A stretch of DNA of 64,000 bases, taken from positions 448,001 through 512,000 of the forward strand of contig CAVTBR010000001.1 of assembly GCA_963733055.1 (NCBI GenBank), written 5' to 3'. This DNA is from Candidatus Bathyarchaeota archaeon. Its GTDB lineage: Archaea; Thermoproteota; Bathyarchaeia; 40CM-2-53-6. The position numbers and the translations under genes are program-made. Positions 38,463 to 47,796 of the stretch are shown here, in pieces (the stretch's first letter is position 1; each line of letters starts with the position of its first letter). Under the pieces are notes generated by a model that saw nothing but the letters and a program-made list of their open reading frames with translations, was not told where the DNA came from and made no database searches.

Positions 38463-40742
38463 ATGACCGTCAAGCGTGAGAAGACGAAGTGGGTAGGAAA
38501 ATCGATTGTACGTAAGGACGGTCGAGGCAAAGTCACGGGTGAGACGAAATTCTTCTCGGACATGGCCCTACCAAACATGCTCTACGCAAAAGTCACTCGA
38601 AGCAAATATCCACACGCGTTGATCAAGAAAATCAGCGTCGATAAAGCGAAAGCCATTCCCGGCGTCGTCGCCGTCCTAACGCACAAGGATATCCCCGCGT
38701 TGAATGCGTTCGGTATCCTGACGCCCGACCAACCCGTTCTCTGCTTTGATAAGGTCAGGTATCTCGGCGACGCGGTCGCCGTCGTCGCTGCCGAAAGCCT
38801 GGAAGCCGCCGAGAAAGCCGCGCTGGCGGTTGAAGTTGAGTACGAGCCGCTTCCGGTCGTGTCTGATCCGCTGGAAGCGATGAAGCCCGAGGCTCCCAAG
38901 ATTCACGAGAAAGGAAACATCCTCCGCCACGCCACCGTCCGGGTCGGAGACGTAGACAAGGCATTCCGCGAAGCTGCGGTCGTTGTCGAGAACACATATC
39001 GAACGGGACGGCAGATGCACATGTATCTTGAGACAGAGGCGGGTGTCGCGATGTTGGACGAGCATGGAGGGCTCGTTCTCTACAGCGGAGGCCAGTCCCC
39101 GTACCGAGATCAAATGCAAATCTCAAGATCGTTAGGAATCAAACCAGAAGAAATCAGAGTCATCTCAACCCCCGTGGGCGGCGCATTCGGTGGTAAGGAA
39201 GAGAACACCGTCCAAATCCACCTCGCCCTGCTAGCGATGAAAACAAAGCGCCCTGTCAGGATGGTTTGGACATGCGAGGAATCCGGCGTGGCGGGCATGA
39301 AACGCCACCCAATGACCGTAACAACGAAGACCGCCGCCGACCGGGAGGGGAGAGTCGTGGCTAATCAGGTTCGAATAGTAGCCGATACCGGCGCTTATGC
39401 ATCTCTCGGCCCCACAGTGCTCGATGTCGCAATTGAAAATTCATGCGGACCTTACCGCATTCCGAACATCGATATCGACGCCTACTCGGTCTATACGAAT
39501 AATGGGGTTGCTGGAGCGTTCCGCGGTTTCGGAGCGCCCCAGGTGAATTTTGCGCTCGAATCCAACATGGATATCATTGCAGAGAAGTTGGGGATCGATA
39601 GGCTGGAAATTCGGAAGAGGAACGTTCTTCGCGAAGGCGACATCGGACCGTTCGGTTACAAGATGCTCGGCAGCGTTGGAATCTACGAGACCCTCCTGAA
39701 AGCCGAGCAATCAGATCTCTGGAAGAACAGAACGAAACACAAAGCGAAAGCCTCCGCCCCCTGGTGTAAGAGGGGGATCGCGGTCACAGTAGCTACCAAG
39801 GGTTTTGGCTTCGGTGCCCTCCCCGACTTCGCCGCCGCCTCCATTCAAATCACCCCGACCGGAAAATTCGTAGTCGGAGTTAGTTGCCCGGAAATCGGCC
39901 AGGGGGCAGTCACAGCCTACTCCCAGATCGCCGCAGACGCCTTACACTGCGACATCGCCGACATATACATCGCCTCCGCCGACTCACAACTCGCCCCCGA
40001 CACTGGAACCTCGTCCGCCTCGATGGCCTTGGTCAGGGGCGGAAACGCAATCCTCGCCGCCGCGCCCAAGATGCACGAACTACTCCTCAACACTGCCAGC
40101 GAGATAACTGGAGAGTCGAAGGGTAATCTTGAATTCGGCGAATCACGAATTTTCAGTAAACGGAAATCTGGGAGATCAGTAACTTACGTTGAGATCGCAC
40201 AGTTTCTCCTTCGAAGAGGCTCGGAGACAAGGATCGTCGCGGGATTCGAGGTCCCGCGCGTCGACAAACCGGTCGAGGGGAGCATAGAGATCCCCCACTG
40301 GTCATACATGTACGCCACCGCCATCGCCCTCGTGGAAGTTGACACATTAACCGGCGCTACGAAAGTTCTACAAATCTACCTCTCACCAGACTCTGGCACC
40401 GTCATCAACCCCCAATCCTACACGGGCCAATGTGAGGGCGCCATCGTGCAAGGGTTGGGGTTCGCGTTGACTGAGGAAACTCAGATCGATAATGGATTAA
40501 TTAAGACAAATAATTTCACAACATACATCATACCCACAATCCGCGACATCCCAGAGATTCAGATTGAACCAGTGGAGACTTACGAAAAAATCGGCCCCTT
40601 CGGAGCCAAGGGGTTGGGGGAGATCGGGATAATACCCGTCGGATCGGCCGTCGCGAACGCAATCTACGACGCCACCGGAACCAGGCTCTTCACGCTACCC
40701 GCAACCCCAGAACGAGTTTTCCAAGCCCTCAAGAGGAATTAG
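38463..40742 (+). CDS. Xanthine dehydrogenase family molybdopterin-binding subunit (enzyme 1, PucD-like)
   Basis: RQMHMYLETE, GGAFGGKE, KRHP, AFRGFG, EIGQG, GAKGLGE. Confidence 0.92.
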   Translation: MTVKREKTKWVGKSIVRKDGRGKVTGETKFFSDMALPNMLYAKVTRSKYPHALIKKISVDKAKAIPGVVAVLTHKDIPALNAFGILTPDQPVLCFDKVRYLGDAVAVVAAESLEAAEKAALAVEVEYEPLPVVSDPLEAMKPEAPKIHEKGNILRHATVRVGDVDKAFREAAVVVENTYRTGRQMHMYLETEAGVAMLDEHGGLVLYSGGQSPYRDQMQISRSLGIKPEEIRVISTPVGGAFGGKEENTVQIHLALLAMKTKRPVRMVWTCEESGVAGMKRHPMTVTTKTAADREGRVVANQVRIVADTGAYASLGPTVLDVAIENSCGPYRIPNIDIDAYSVYTNNGVAGAFRGFGAPQVNFALESNMDIIAEKLGIDRLEIRKRNVLREGDIGPFGYKMLGSVGIYETLLKAEQSDLWKNRTKHKAKASAPWCKRGIAVTVATKGFGFGALPDFAAASIQITPTGKFVVGVSCPEIGQGAVTAYSQIAADALHCDIADIYIASADSQLAPDTGTSSASMALVRGGNAILAAAPKMHELLLNTASEITGESKGNLEFGESRIFSKRKSGRSVTYVEIAQFLLRRGSETRIVAGFEVPRVDKPVEGSIEIPHWSYMYATAIALVEVDTLTGATKVLQIYLSPDSGTVINPQSYTGQCEGAIVQGLGFALTEETQIDNGLIKTNNFTTYIIPTIRDIPEIQIEPVETYEKIGPFGAKGLGEIGIIPVGSAVANAIYDATGTRLFTLPATPERVFQALKRN

Positions 40743-40749
40743 GTTCGAG

Positions 40750-41025
40750 ATGGCGGCAAAAGTCAAAGTTAGGCTGTTCCATGAACTACGATCCGTCCTC
40801 GGCCAAAGCGAGGTCGAACTCGAAGCCAACACCCTCAACGACGTCGTAGAATCGTTGATTTCCTCAAATGGCTCAGTAAAGGAGCTGATTTTCGACGCAA
40901 ATGGGAAACTGCGCACCTATACCATGTTCTACATTAACAATACGCCCCAAAATCCTCCGGAACTAGCAAGGAAACTAAATGACGGGGACCTAATCCTATT
41001 AGTTCCAACAGCAGCGGGCGGATGA
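40750..41025 (+). CDS. MoaD/SAMP1-like ubiquitin-like protein 2
   Basis: 91 aa, VKVRLFHELR, LIFDANGKLR..FYIN, LNDGDLILLVPTAAGG. Confidence 0.85.
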   Translation: MAAKVKVRLFHELRSVLGQSEVELEANTLNDVVESLISSNGSVKELIFDANGKLRTYTMFYINNTPQNPPELARKLNDGDLILLVPTAAGG

Positions 41026-41031
41026 AAATAG

Positions 41032-41916
41032 TTGCGCAGGTTTGACATGTTCGTACCCGAGAACCTACACGATCTACTCCAGTACCTCGACTCACACCAA
41101 ACCGGAGTACACCTGATCGCGAACGGGACGGACCTGATCAATAGGATTCAGCGAAAACAGGTCACCCCGAAAACGCTTGTCGACCTCACTGGATTACTCG
41201 AATTCAGGTACGTGAAGAAAGAGAATGGGATTATCAAGATCGGCGGCTTAACGACCATATCAGACCTTATCGCATCCCACGTCATGGACTCGCAATACGA
41301 TGTCTTCCGAGAGGTCGCCACGAAATTTGGCGGACCATCAATAATTAACATGGCAACCGTTGGAGGAAACATCTGTTCCGCCTCATCATCAGAAGACCTC
41401 CTACCAGTACTACTGGTCCTTGATGCGAAGGTTCAGGTTCGCAACATTCACGGAGAGCGAACGCTTCCCCTGGAAGACTTCGTCAAAGGAAAACGGAAGA
41501 CCGACCTAAAACCCAACGAGATACTGACAGAGACAAGCTTCAAAGAATTGGACCAGCGCTCAGCCTGCGGCTTTGAGAAAGTTGGTATGAGAAATTCACT
41601 GATCATAGCTTTCGTGAATTGCGCAGTCTACCTGAAACTAGCCGAGAACCACGTTTGTGATGACGTTCGAATCGCCTTCAACCGAGTTAACGAAAAGATT
41701 CCGCAACGAGCACGACAGACCGAGAAGATAATGAAAGGCAAGAAAATCAATGAACAATCGTTGTCCGACGCGGTCGCAACCTTGAGAAGCGAGCTCAAGC
41801 TGAGCTCAGACTTTAGAGTCTCGGAACAATACCGACTCGATGTTGCTTGTGCCATCTTCAAGCGTACTGTAGGTAGATGCGTCGATAGGCTTGCCGGAGA
41901 GGAGATACTTGTCTAA
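41032..41916 (+). CDS. Xanthine dehydrogenase family FAD subunit (enzyme 2)
   Basis: ANGTD, ATVGGNICSAS, FEKVGMR, SSDFRVSEQYR. Confidence 0.88.
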   Translation: MRRFDMFVPENLHDLLQYLDSHQTGVHLIANGTDLINRIQRKQVTPKTLVDLTGLLEFRYVKKENGIIKIGGLTTISDLIASHVMDSQYDVFREVATKFGGPSIINMATVGGNICSASSSEDLLPVLLVLDAKVQVRNIHGERTLPLEDFVKGKRKTDLKPNEILTETSFKELDQRSACGFEKVGMRNSLIIAFVNCAVYLKLAENHVCDDVRIAFNRVNEKIPQRARQTEKIMKGKKINEQSLSDAVATLRSELKLSSDFRVSEQYRLDVACAIFKRTVGRCVDRLAGEEILV

Positions 41917-42391
41917 GCATTTACTGAAATTCAACGTCAACGGCAAAGACCAGGCGGTCCTTGTCGAATCACACGACCGACTATTGGATGTGCTGCGGGA
42001 CAAGTTAGGGTTGAAGGGTACGAAGGAAGGCTGCAGTACAGGGGATTGCGGCATATGCGGCGTATTGATGGATGGAAGATTGGTGAACTCGTGTCTGATC
42101 TTTGCCATTCAGGCCAGAAACAAGAAGATCGTGACGATCGAAGGCGTAGGGTCGGCGGAAAATCTTCATCCCATACAACGTGCGTTCATGAAGTGGAACG
42201 CGTCCCAGTGTGGTTACTGCATACCAGCCATGATCTTGGCGAGTAAGGATTTGCTCGAGAGGAATCCCGATCCTTCTATGGAAGATATCAAGAACGCGAC
42301 ACGGGGCATCATTTGCCGGTGCACGGGGTACGTGAAAATCTTCGAAGCCATGAAAACAGCCGCCGCCGAAATGAAGAGGCCCGACCAATGA
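41909..42391 (+). CDS. Xanthine dehydrogenase family 2x[2Fe-2S] subunit (enzyme 2)
   Basis: GCSTGDCGIC..SC, QCGYC, CRCTGY. TTG 41909 overlaps the upstream gene. Confidence 0.92.
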   Translation: MSKHLLKFNVNGKDQAVLVESHDRLLDVLRDKLGLKGTKEGCSTGDCGICGVLMDGRLVNSCLIFAIQARNKKIVTIEGVGSAENLHPIQRAFMKWNASQCGYCIPAMILASKDLLERNPDPSMEDIKNATRGIICRCTGYVKIFEAMKTAAAEMKRPDQ

Positions 42392-44715
42392 CTGATAAGG
42401 CCGCGGTGAAGAAGCCCATGCAAAGCCAACAGATGCAGGTAGTGGGTAAGAGTGTTGGGCGAGTAGACTCACTCGACAAGGTACTTGGCAAACCAATTTA
42501 CACGATGGACATCGTTCCCGAAAATGCACTCCACTTGAAAGTGGTCAGATCCACCGTCGCCCACGCACTACTCAAACGAGTGGACCTATCGGAAGCGCGA
42601 AAGTATCCTGGTGTCGTAGCTGTAGTGACGGCTCAAGACATACCTGGAATCAACGAGTCAACAGCTCTCCTTCCCGATAAGCCGTTGTTCGCGACGGATA
42701 GGGTACGTTTTGCGGGCGAACCGATAGCCGCAATCGCATCCTACGACCCTTCCATAGCCGAAGAGGCACTTGACCTTGTCAAAATAGAGTACGAACCACT
42801 CCCATCAGTATTCTCACCCATCGACGCAATGAAACCCGACACGCCACAGATTCATGAGAAAGGAAACGTGGCAAAGTATCTGAAGGTTCGAAAGGGAAAC
42901 GTGGAGGAAGGGTTCAAGCAAGCGGACCTGATCGTTGAAGGAACCTACAAGACTCCGTTTCAAGACCCGATACCATTGGAGCCTGAAGCCGGGTTCGTCA
43001 TACCCGAGCCGGATGGTTCGGTTACATGTGTTGGCTCTATTCAGAGCCCTTACCATGTACAGACGGGAATCGCGAAGATCCTCTCGCTTCGGCCCGAACA
43101 GGTGCGAGTCATTCAGGCGGCTACCGGCGGAGCTTTCGGGCCAAAATCGGATGAGATTCCAGTCGATGTTCTCGGGATGGCTGCGTTGGTTGCTATTAGG
43201 ACGGGTAAGCCTGCGGCCCTTGCCTATAATCGGGAAGAGTGTATGATAGGGCACACGAAACGGCACCCATTCGTTATCTCAGTGAAGGTTGGTGTGAAGA
43301 AGAGTGGGAAACTCACGGCTTGGGAGACGAAATTGGTCGCCGACACCGGCGCATATGCGTCGCTTGGCCCGCTCGTCGTCATCCGCGCATGCTTCCACGC
43401 CACTGGTCCATACGTCATACCCAACGTGAAAACCGACGCCTACTGCGTCTACACGAACAACACAATCGCCGGCTCATTCAGAGGATTCGGGGGCCCGCAG
43501 TCCCATTTCGCCGCCGAATCCCACATGGACGAAATCGCGAAGAAGTTGGGCATGGACCCCTTGGATCTTCGCGTAATGAACATGCTTAGGCCTGGAACAC
43601 TTACGGCTACAAGCCAGATGGTTGATGAGGGCTGTGGGCTCGAAGAGTGCGTGAAGAAAGCGACCGCGGAATCGGACTGGTATAACCAACGCCGAAAATT
43701 CCGGGCTCAGAATGGGATTAAGAAACGAGGCTTAGGAATCGCCATCATGTACCACGGCAACAGCCTGGGCCCGGAGGGGAACGATTTTGCTACGGTGCAC
43801 ATGGAAATTGATGGCGAGGGTAAGATCAGAGTAAGAACGGCGCTCACCGAGTATGGGACGGGGGCTCCATCCGGGTTACTTCAGATTGCGGCCGAAACAA
43901 TGCACCTGCCCCTTGACTACTTCACTCTCGACTCTTCGGATACAGAGTATTGCGGTGACTCCGGGCCTACGGTTGCTTCCCGAACGATAACGATTGGAGG
44001 TCGGGCTACGCAGATGGTCGCCGGAAAGCTCGGCCAGAAACTAAGAGAGGTCGCCGCGGCGATGCTCAAGTGCTCGGCGGACGAGGTGGAATCACGTGAA
44101 GGAGTCTTCACCTCAAAATCAGCTCACTCCGTAGCATTCCGTGACGTTATTGCCAACGCCAATACACGGGGCATTTCGCTGAAGGAGTCAGCCACGTTCA
44201 CGGCGCCAAAATGCGACTACGAACCTGAGACCAGCCAGGGAACGGTGTATTTGCAATACACTTACGCGGCGGTTACAGCGGAGGTTGAGGTTGATACTGA
44301 AACTGGACGGGTGCAGGTTCTGAAGATGGTTGCAGCCTACGACGTGGGTAAGGCCATCAACCCGATTTCGGTTGAAGGGCAGATAGAGGGAGGGACGATT
44401 CAAGGGTTAGGCTACGCTTTGATGGAGGATTTGATTCACAAGGATGGGGTAGTCGTTAACCCGAACTTGGGAGATTACTACGTTCCCACATCACTCGATA
44501 TACCCGAAATCAAGACGATAATCGTGGAATACCCCGGCCGCTTAGGTCCTTTCGGCGCGAAAGCCATCGGCGAACCACCGGTAGTTTTGCCCGCTCCTGC
44601 AATCGTGAACGCTATCGACAATGCAATCGGCGTAAGAATCAACGAGATACCCGCCACCCCCGACCGAGTATTGACCAGTTTGAGGACAAAGCTACAAGCG
44701 TCGGGGAAGAATTAG
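42388..44715 (+). CDS. Xanthine dehydrogenase family molybdopterin-binding subunit (enzyme 2, divergent)
   Basis: QDPIPLEPE, GGAFGPK, KRHP, SFRGFG, GPTVASR, GAKAIGE. ATGA overlap with the upstream stop. Confidence 0.92.
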   Translation: MTDKAAVKKPMQSQQMQVVGKSVGRVDSLDKVLGKPIYTMDIVPENALHLKVVRSTVAHALLKRVDLSEARKYPGVVAVVTAQDIPGINESTALLPDKPLFATDRVRFAGEPIAAIASYDPSIAEEALDLVKIEYEPLPSVFSPIDAMKPDTPQIHEKGNVAKYLKVRKGNVEEGFKQADLIVEGTYKTPFQDPIPLEPEAGFVIPEPDGSVTCVGSIQSPYHVQTGIAKILSLRPEQVRVIQAATGGAFGPKSDEIPVDVLGMAALVAIRTGKPAALAYNREECMIGHTKRHPFVISVKVGVKKSGKLTAWETKLVADTGAYASLGPLVVIRACFHATGPYVIPNVKTDAYCVYTNNTIAGSFRGFGGPQSHFAAESHMDEIAKKLGMDPLDLRVMNMLRPGTLTATSQMVDEGCGLEECVKKATAESDWYNQRRKFRAQNGIKKRGLGIAIMYHGNSLGPEGNDFATVHMEIDGEGKIRVRTALTEYGTGAPSGLLQIAAETMHLPLDYFTLDSSDTEYCGDSGPTVASRTITIGGRATQMVAGKLGQKLREVAAAMLKCSADEVESREGVFTSKSAHSVAFRDVIANANTRGISLKESATFTAPKCDYEPETSQGTVYLQYTYAAVTAEVEVDTETGRVQVLKMVAAYDVGKAINPISVEGQIEGGTIQGLGYALMEDLIHKDGVVVNPNLGDYYVPTSLDIPEIKTIIVEYPGRLGPFGAKAIGEPPVVLPAPAIVNAIDNAIGVRINEIPATPDRVLTSLRTKLQASGKN

Positions 44716-44728
44716 GGATGGAAACGGT

Positions 44729-45544
44729 TTGAAACTCATCCCCATCTACTCCGACAAGGCGCTGCTCGACGAAGCCCACAAACTAATGCAAGACTCACAG
44801 CCCTTCGCCTGGGTCACCATAATCAACCAGGAGGGTTCGAGCGCACGCCATCTAGGCTCATCAATGCTGGTAACTAGCGAAGGAAATGTGATCGGGACGG
44901 TTGGCGGGGCTATTGCTGAGCTTCAACTGATCGATCAGTCGGTGCAGGCGATTAAGGAGGGGAAACCGAGGACGGTTAAGATGCCGCTGCCTGTTTGTGC
45001 GGGCGTCATAACCTGCTTCATAAACGTCTTCCACGCCCCCGAACACCTCATCCTCGTTGGAGCCGGTCACGTCTCCCAACCAATGTCAAAACTGGCGAAG
45101 ATGCTTGGCTTTCAAGTTACGGTAATAGACGATAGAGCTGACTACGCAACTGTTGAACGATTTCCCGAGGCGGACAGGGTGATTGTTGACGACTGGGAAA
45201 AAGCCTTGAAAGAAGTTAGCATAGACTCGAACACTTACATCGTTATCCTAACCTACGCCGGCGAATACGACGAACTGGCCCTAAGAGCCGTCGTTGCTTC
45301 GAAGGCAGCCTACATTGGAATGATCTCGAGCGAAGCCAAAGCGAAAGGTATTCTCGCGAAGCTTAGGCGAGAGGGAATCTCAGACGACCTCTTGCGAAGA
45401 GTTGTAACGCCCATCGGACTCGACATCGGCGCTGAGACACCCGCCGAAGTCGCTGTGAGCACTATGGCTGAGATTGTGATGCGCAGAAAGAAACGGACCG
45501 GCAAACCCCTCTCAATCGCGGAACGAGAGATAACCAAGTCCTAA
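44729..45544 (+). CDS. xdhC: XdhC/CoxI family Moco-insertion chaperone
   Basis: GSSAR..GSSM, GTVGG, VCAG, GAGHV, DDR..YA..ERFP, YIGMIS, PIGLDIGAETPAEVA. Confidence 0.9.
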   Translation: MKLIPIYSDKALLDEAHKLMQDSQPFAWVTIINQEGSSARHLGSSMLVTSEGNVIGTVGGAIAELQLIDQSVQAIKEGKPRTVKMPLPVCAGVITCFINVFHAPEHLILVGAGHVSQPMSKLAKMLGFQVTVIDDRADYATVERFPEADRVIVDDWEKALKEVSIDSNTYIVILTYAGEYDELALRAVVASKAAYIGMISSEAKAKGILAKLRREGISDDLLRRVVTPIGLDIGAETPAEVAVSTMAEIVMRRKKRTGKPLSIAEREITKS

Positions 45545-45619
45545 TCAACTCAAAATCAATTCGGATTCTTTGCAGATTCCGGTTACCTCCTTAGGGGCTG
45601 TGGAAGAAACTCTTAGATA

Positions 45620-45631
45620 CTACAGTTATAG
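45620..45631. promoter_or_regulatory. BlaI/MecI/CopY-type operator-like site CTACA-GT-TATAG
   Basis: One mismatch from the TACAnnTGTA core bound by BlaI/CopY repressors; ends 19 nt before the blaI-like ATG. Confidence 0.55.
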
Positions 45632-45650
45632 GAGCTTGTGAAGAACACCA

Positions 45651-46025
45651 ATGTCATTAGGCGACCTTCAAGCCGACATACTCGGCGTCTTGCAAAGGCT
45701 CGGCAAAGCGTCCGCTCGAGAGGTAATGAAAGAGATTGGAACAACCCGGCACGTCGCCTACACAACCGTGGGAACCGTTCTCGATCGACTTTACAAAAAG
45801 GGCCTGGTTCGAAGAACTAAGGTCGTTGGGCGCGGCGGTGCAAAATACCTATACTCACCCGCACCGTCCGAGGACATTCAGACGAATCTCGTTCGGAGGG
45901 CGCTCGGCCAACTCGTAAACGCCTTCGGTCCCTCGATCGTCCCGACAATATACGATAACCTCGACCGAATTTCGAAGGAAGAAGCAGATGAACTGAAGAG
46001 AAAGGTAGACAAAGCGAAAAGGTAG
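45651..46025 (+). CDS. BlaI/MecI/CopY family repressor
   Basis: LGDLQADIL, ASAREV, AYTTVGTVLDRLYKKGLVRR. Confidence 0.9.
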   Translation: MSLGDLQADILGVLQRLGKASAREVMKEIGTTRHVAYTTVGTVLDRLYKKGLVRRTKVVGRGGAKYLYSPAPSEDIQTNLVRRALGQLVNAFGPSIVPTIYDNLDRISKEEADELKRKVDKAKR

Positions 46026-46032
46026 GCCACGA

Positions 46033-46935
46033 TTGATCCTACAAATCTACCAGATTTATTTTAGCAGTCTCAGAGTAATAGCCGCAATCATACTGCCCCT
46101 CGCGTCCGTCCTCGTGTTATTCTTGCTTTTCCGCCGAAGCAATAACCCAAGAACCCGCTCTCGGACCCTAGGCATGATGATGCTCTCTTCAATCTTCTTC
46201 TGGCTCTTCATCGGCCTCAGCCTCGTCCTCTGCTACACCCTTTCAGAACTATACGAGTACCAACCGGCGGCTGCGGTTCGAACGGTATTCGGAACCGTGT
46301 TGCTGCTTGCAGTATTGGGCGGTTTGCCGCTATCCATACTCTTAACCCGATTCTCCCCTCGAATAGTTCTTGCAAAAGTGAAGAACCTCTCACCACCCAA
46401 ACCAGAAACCGCAATCGCCTTCGACTCACTACGCAGGACAATGGGAGTAGCAGATGCCGAGCTAATGATATCCAAGACAAGCGTCCCGATCTCGTTCGCG
46501 GTTGAGGTTCACAAGCCAATCATAGTCATGTCGGAGAAACTGCTCTCGCTTCTGAAGAAAGACGAAATTGAGGCAGTAATGGCTCATGAGCTGGCTCACG
46601 TGAAGAACTCGGACACGATCCTGAAAGCCATGGTCACCGCATACAAGACCGCGTTGCCCCAGGACCCAATCATACGGCTGGTTGAAGCGGCTTTTCACCG
46701 AGAAAGGGAGATGGTTGCGGACGAGACCGCCGCCAAGACAACCAAGAAACCCCTCTCGCTTGCTTCGGCACTGCTCAAGATTTACCAGGCGTTTCCAAAG
46801 AAAGAACTTGGTTCCTTTGGGACTCTATCAATCCTAGGAACGGGCAGAACACTCTTCAGCCGCCACCCGCCGATCAAGCAACGAATACAACATTTAGTTC
46901 ATTTAGCGGAAATGTACAGCTCTCGAACACACTAG
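46033..46935 (+). CDS. M56/M48 (BlaR1-like) membrane zinc metallopeptidase
   Basis: Three N-terminal hydrophobic segments, AHELAH (HExxH), EREMVADE, LASALLK, RHPP..RI. Confidence 0.88.
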   Translation: MILQIYQIYFSSLRVIAAIILPLASVLVLFLLFRRSNNPRTRSRTLGMMMLSSIFFWLFIGLSLVLCYTLSELYEYQPAAAVRTVFGTVLLLAVLGGLPLSILLTRFSPRIVLAKVKNLSPPKPETAIAFDSLRRTMGVADAELMISKTSVPISFAVEVHKPIIVMSEKLLSLLKKDEIEAVMAHELAHVKNSDTILKAMVTAYKTALPQDPIIRLVEAAFHREREMVADETAAKTTKKPLSLASALLKIYQAFPKKELGSFGTLSILGTGRTLFSRHPPIKQRIQHLVHLAEMYSSRTH

Positions 46936-46944
46936 TCTATTGCT

Positions 46945-47796
46945 CTAGGTTTTGTCGTCTTTCTTCTGTTTAGTGAGATCCGCAACACTCACTGCCCCTA
47001 ATGGTGGGAATCCCATAGAGACTCCTGCCGTCGGCGTGTTCGTGGGGACCAGCATTAGAGTTCCCTTGCTCTGAAGGCCCAGCTCGTAGAGAATGTTCAT
47101 CCAACGCAATTCCAACGCCCGAATGTTCTTTTCGTACATGTTCGCGGCGTCCACCATCTTCTGTGCTGCCTCAAACTCCGCCATAGCCAACGTCACCCTT
47201 GCCCTTCGCTCGCGTTCTGCCTGGGCTTGCCTAGACATAGCATCCTGCAAAGCTCCCGGTATGCCGATGTCTTTGACCTCTACAGAGGCCACCTTAATCC
47301 CCCAATGTTCTGTTTTCTCGTCGATTATGTTCCGGGCCTCGACTCCTACTTTCTCTCGTTCAGCGAGCAATTCGTCAAAGGTCACTTTGCCTATGACCTC
47401 TCGCAAGGTTGTCTGAGCGGCCAAAGTGGTAGCGTCTAAGTACCTTTCGACGTTCAAAATCACTTTCTCTACATCTATTGCTTGGTAGAACATTATTGCA
47501 TCGACGTTCACGGGAACGTTGTCTTTGGTGAAAGTTTGTTCGGTTCTAAACGGGAACGTTTGAACGCGCGTTGAGACGATGTTTGGAATCCGATCTAAGA
47601 ATGGGATTATGTAGAAAAGACCGGGACCCTTCAAACCGGTATAGCGGCCGAGACGTAGAACGGGTGCCCGTTCCCATTCCTTGATTACCCTAATGCCGGA
47701 CGCGACGATGATTACGACGAAAAGTAGGACTATGACTCCCGCAATGAACCCAGGATCGAACAATATGTCCGTAAGCGCCATGAAACCGAGCCTCAC
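46945..47796 (-). CDS. SPFH/band-7 (stomatin/slipin) protein
   Basis: EWERAPVLRLG, GPGL..IIP, TKDNVPVNVD, AQTTLREVIG, QAQAERERRA. Confidence 0.92.
   Translation of the reverse strand: MRLGFMALTDILFDPGFIAGVIVLLFVVIIVASGIRVIKEWERAPVLRLGRYTGLKGPGLFYIIPFLDRIPNIVSTRVQTFPFRTEQTFTKDNVPVNVDAIMFYQAIDVEKVILNVERYLDATTLAAQTTLREVIGKVTFDELLAEREKVGVEARNIIDEKTEHWGIKVASVEVKDIGIPGALQDAMSRQAQAERERRARVTLAMAEFEAAQKMVDAANMYEKNIRALELRWMNILYELGLQSKGTLMLVPTNTPTAGVSMGFPPLGAVSVADLTKQKKDDKT

Noticed and set aside
36849-44715. Aerobic CO dehydrogenase (coxMSL) assignment
   Set aside because: The active-site loops are AFRGFG and SFRGFG, not AYRCSFR (form I) or AYRGAGR (form II).
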